Of a stretch of 64,000 bases of DNA, positions 63,301-64,000 are shown one piece after another. How positions within the stretch are numbered: position 1 is the first letter of the stretch; every line of letters starts with the position of its first letter. Under the pieces are notes generated by a model, which ran no database searches, was not told the DNA's origin, and saw nothing but the letters and a program-made list of their open reading frames with translations. Source of the DNA: Cyanophora paradoxa CCMP329 (taxonomy: Eukaryota; Plantae; Glaucophyta); the NCBI GenBank assembly GCA_004431415.1, contig QPMI01000071.1, positions 434,001-498,000 of the forward strand, given 5' to 3'. Made by a program: the position numbers and the translations under genes.

Positions 63301-64000
63301 CGGTGCGCCGCCCCGGGTTGGATCTAGATCCAGGGACCGAGAGGCAAAGGAAAGGCCAGGATAAATATGCCGGCTGGAGGCCGGAAGATGAAGCCAAGGG
63401 CCAAGCAGAGTACGATCCGTGGCGAATATACGAAGCGATCCGTGTCGCTGTGTCGCCGCCCTCTCGCCTGGCGCCGGCCGCGGGCTCTGACGGGGCCCCC
63501 CCGCCGGCCCCGACGGGCAGGCACTTCCTGGGGGCCATCGCGAACCGCATCGTCGAGACCGAGGACGGCCAGATCGTCGACGTGCGCCGGGTCCCGCCCC
63601 CGGCCCCCGGCCCCCGGCCCGCCCTTGCCGGCTCCGATCCCTTCAATCTGGAGTTTTCTGGACCCCCCCTCCCCCCTCCCCTCCCACACCCTCTTGCCGG
63701 CCGCGGCGCCTTTCGATATTCTCTGACTCGGACCTGTTCGTGCAGTACCCCGGCGGCTACGACTACTACGAGCTCAAGAAGGCCATCATCCGTGCCCAGC
63801 TCGCCAAGGTCCGCCGCCCCTACCCCCCGGGAGCGCCCCGGTACCCCCGCAGGGCGCGTCCGAGCCGGTACCCCCCGCAGGAGATTGCGGACAGCCTGGC
63901 GGCGAAGGAGGGCGCAAACGGCGCCAAGGCCGCCGCCCCCGTCCTCAAGCCCGGCGTCTCCCCCGAGCAGGCGCGCCGCTGTAAACCCCGCCGCCCAGCG
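57388..64000 (+). CDS. Plastid-targeted ABC-F ATPase (two NBDs, no TM), >=32 introns, 3' end beyond window
   Basis: MAFAL|APPVARP... Ala/Arg/Ser/Pro-rich presequence. NBD1: GPNGA|GKST, FSGGWR, LLIMD|EPTNHLD, ISH|DR. Helical linker [24 protein letters not shown]2: [25 protein letters not shown]|NHLD, ISHDR. Confidence 0.93.

Overview
Intron-dense, GC-rich eukaryotic nuclear DNA, with many introns of about 55-90 nt, frequent GC-AG introns and a G(T/C)NC(G/C)C donor consensus. A Met-Ala-Phe plastid transit peptide suggests a glaucophyte-like alga such as Cyanophora (inference only). Most ORF-track entries are exon fragments or antisense noise. Manual splicing gives nine well-supported genes plus one doubtful one: (1) the 3' part of an FN3-array/SEA-like/TM receptor with tandem SARM1-like TIR domains; (2) a type-I membrane protein with about 9 SKICH/Ig-like repeats and a class-3 lipase; (3) a short LRR-coiled-coil protein, head-to-head with (4) an ALDH21-like dehydrogenase; (5) a secreted degenerate glycosyltransferase-Kelch-FN3 fusion; (6) a large Cys-rich multi-TM protein; (7) a divergent GCN5 with a degenerate bromodomain, head-to-head with (8) a TPR-double-MYND protein; (9) a plastid-targeted ABC-F ATPase running off the window end. 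Intergenic DNA holds a non-autonomous CACTA element, two MITEs and a (TA)n microsatellite. The best candidate for a new system is the TLR-analogous receptor with one pseudo-catalytic and one catalytic SARM-type TIR. There are also unusual splicing features: intronic copies of exon junctions, (GATCN)n introns, and +4C/GC donors. All gene models are hand-made and need RNA-seq confirmation.
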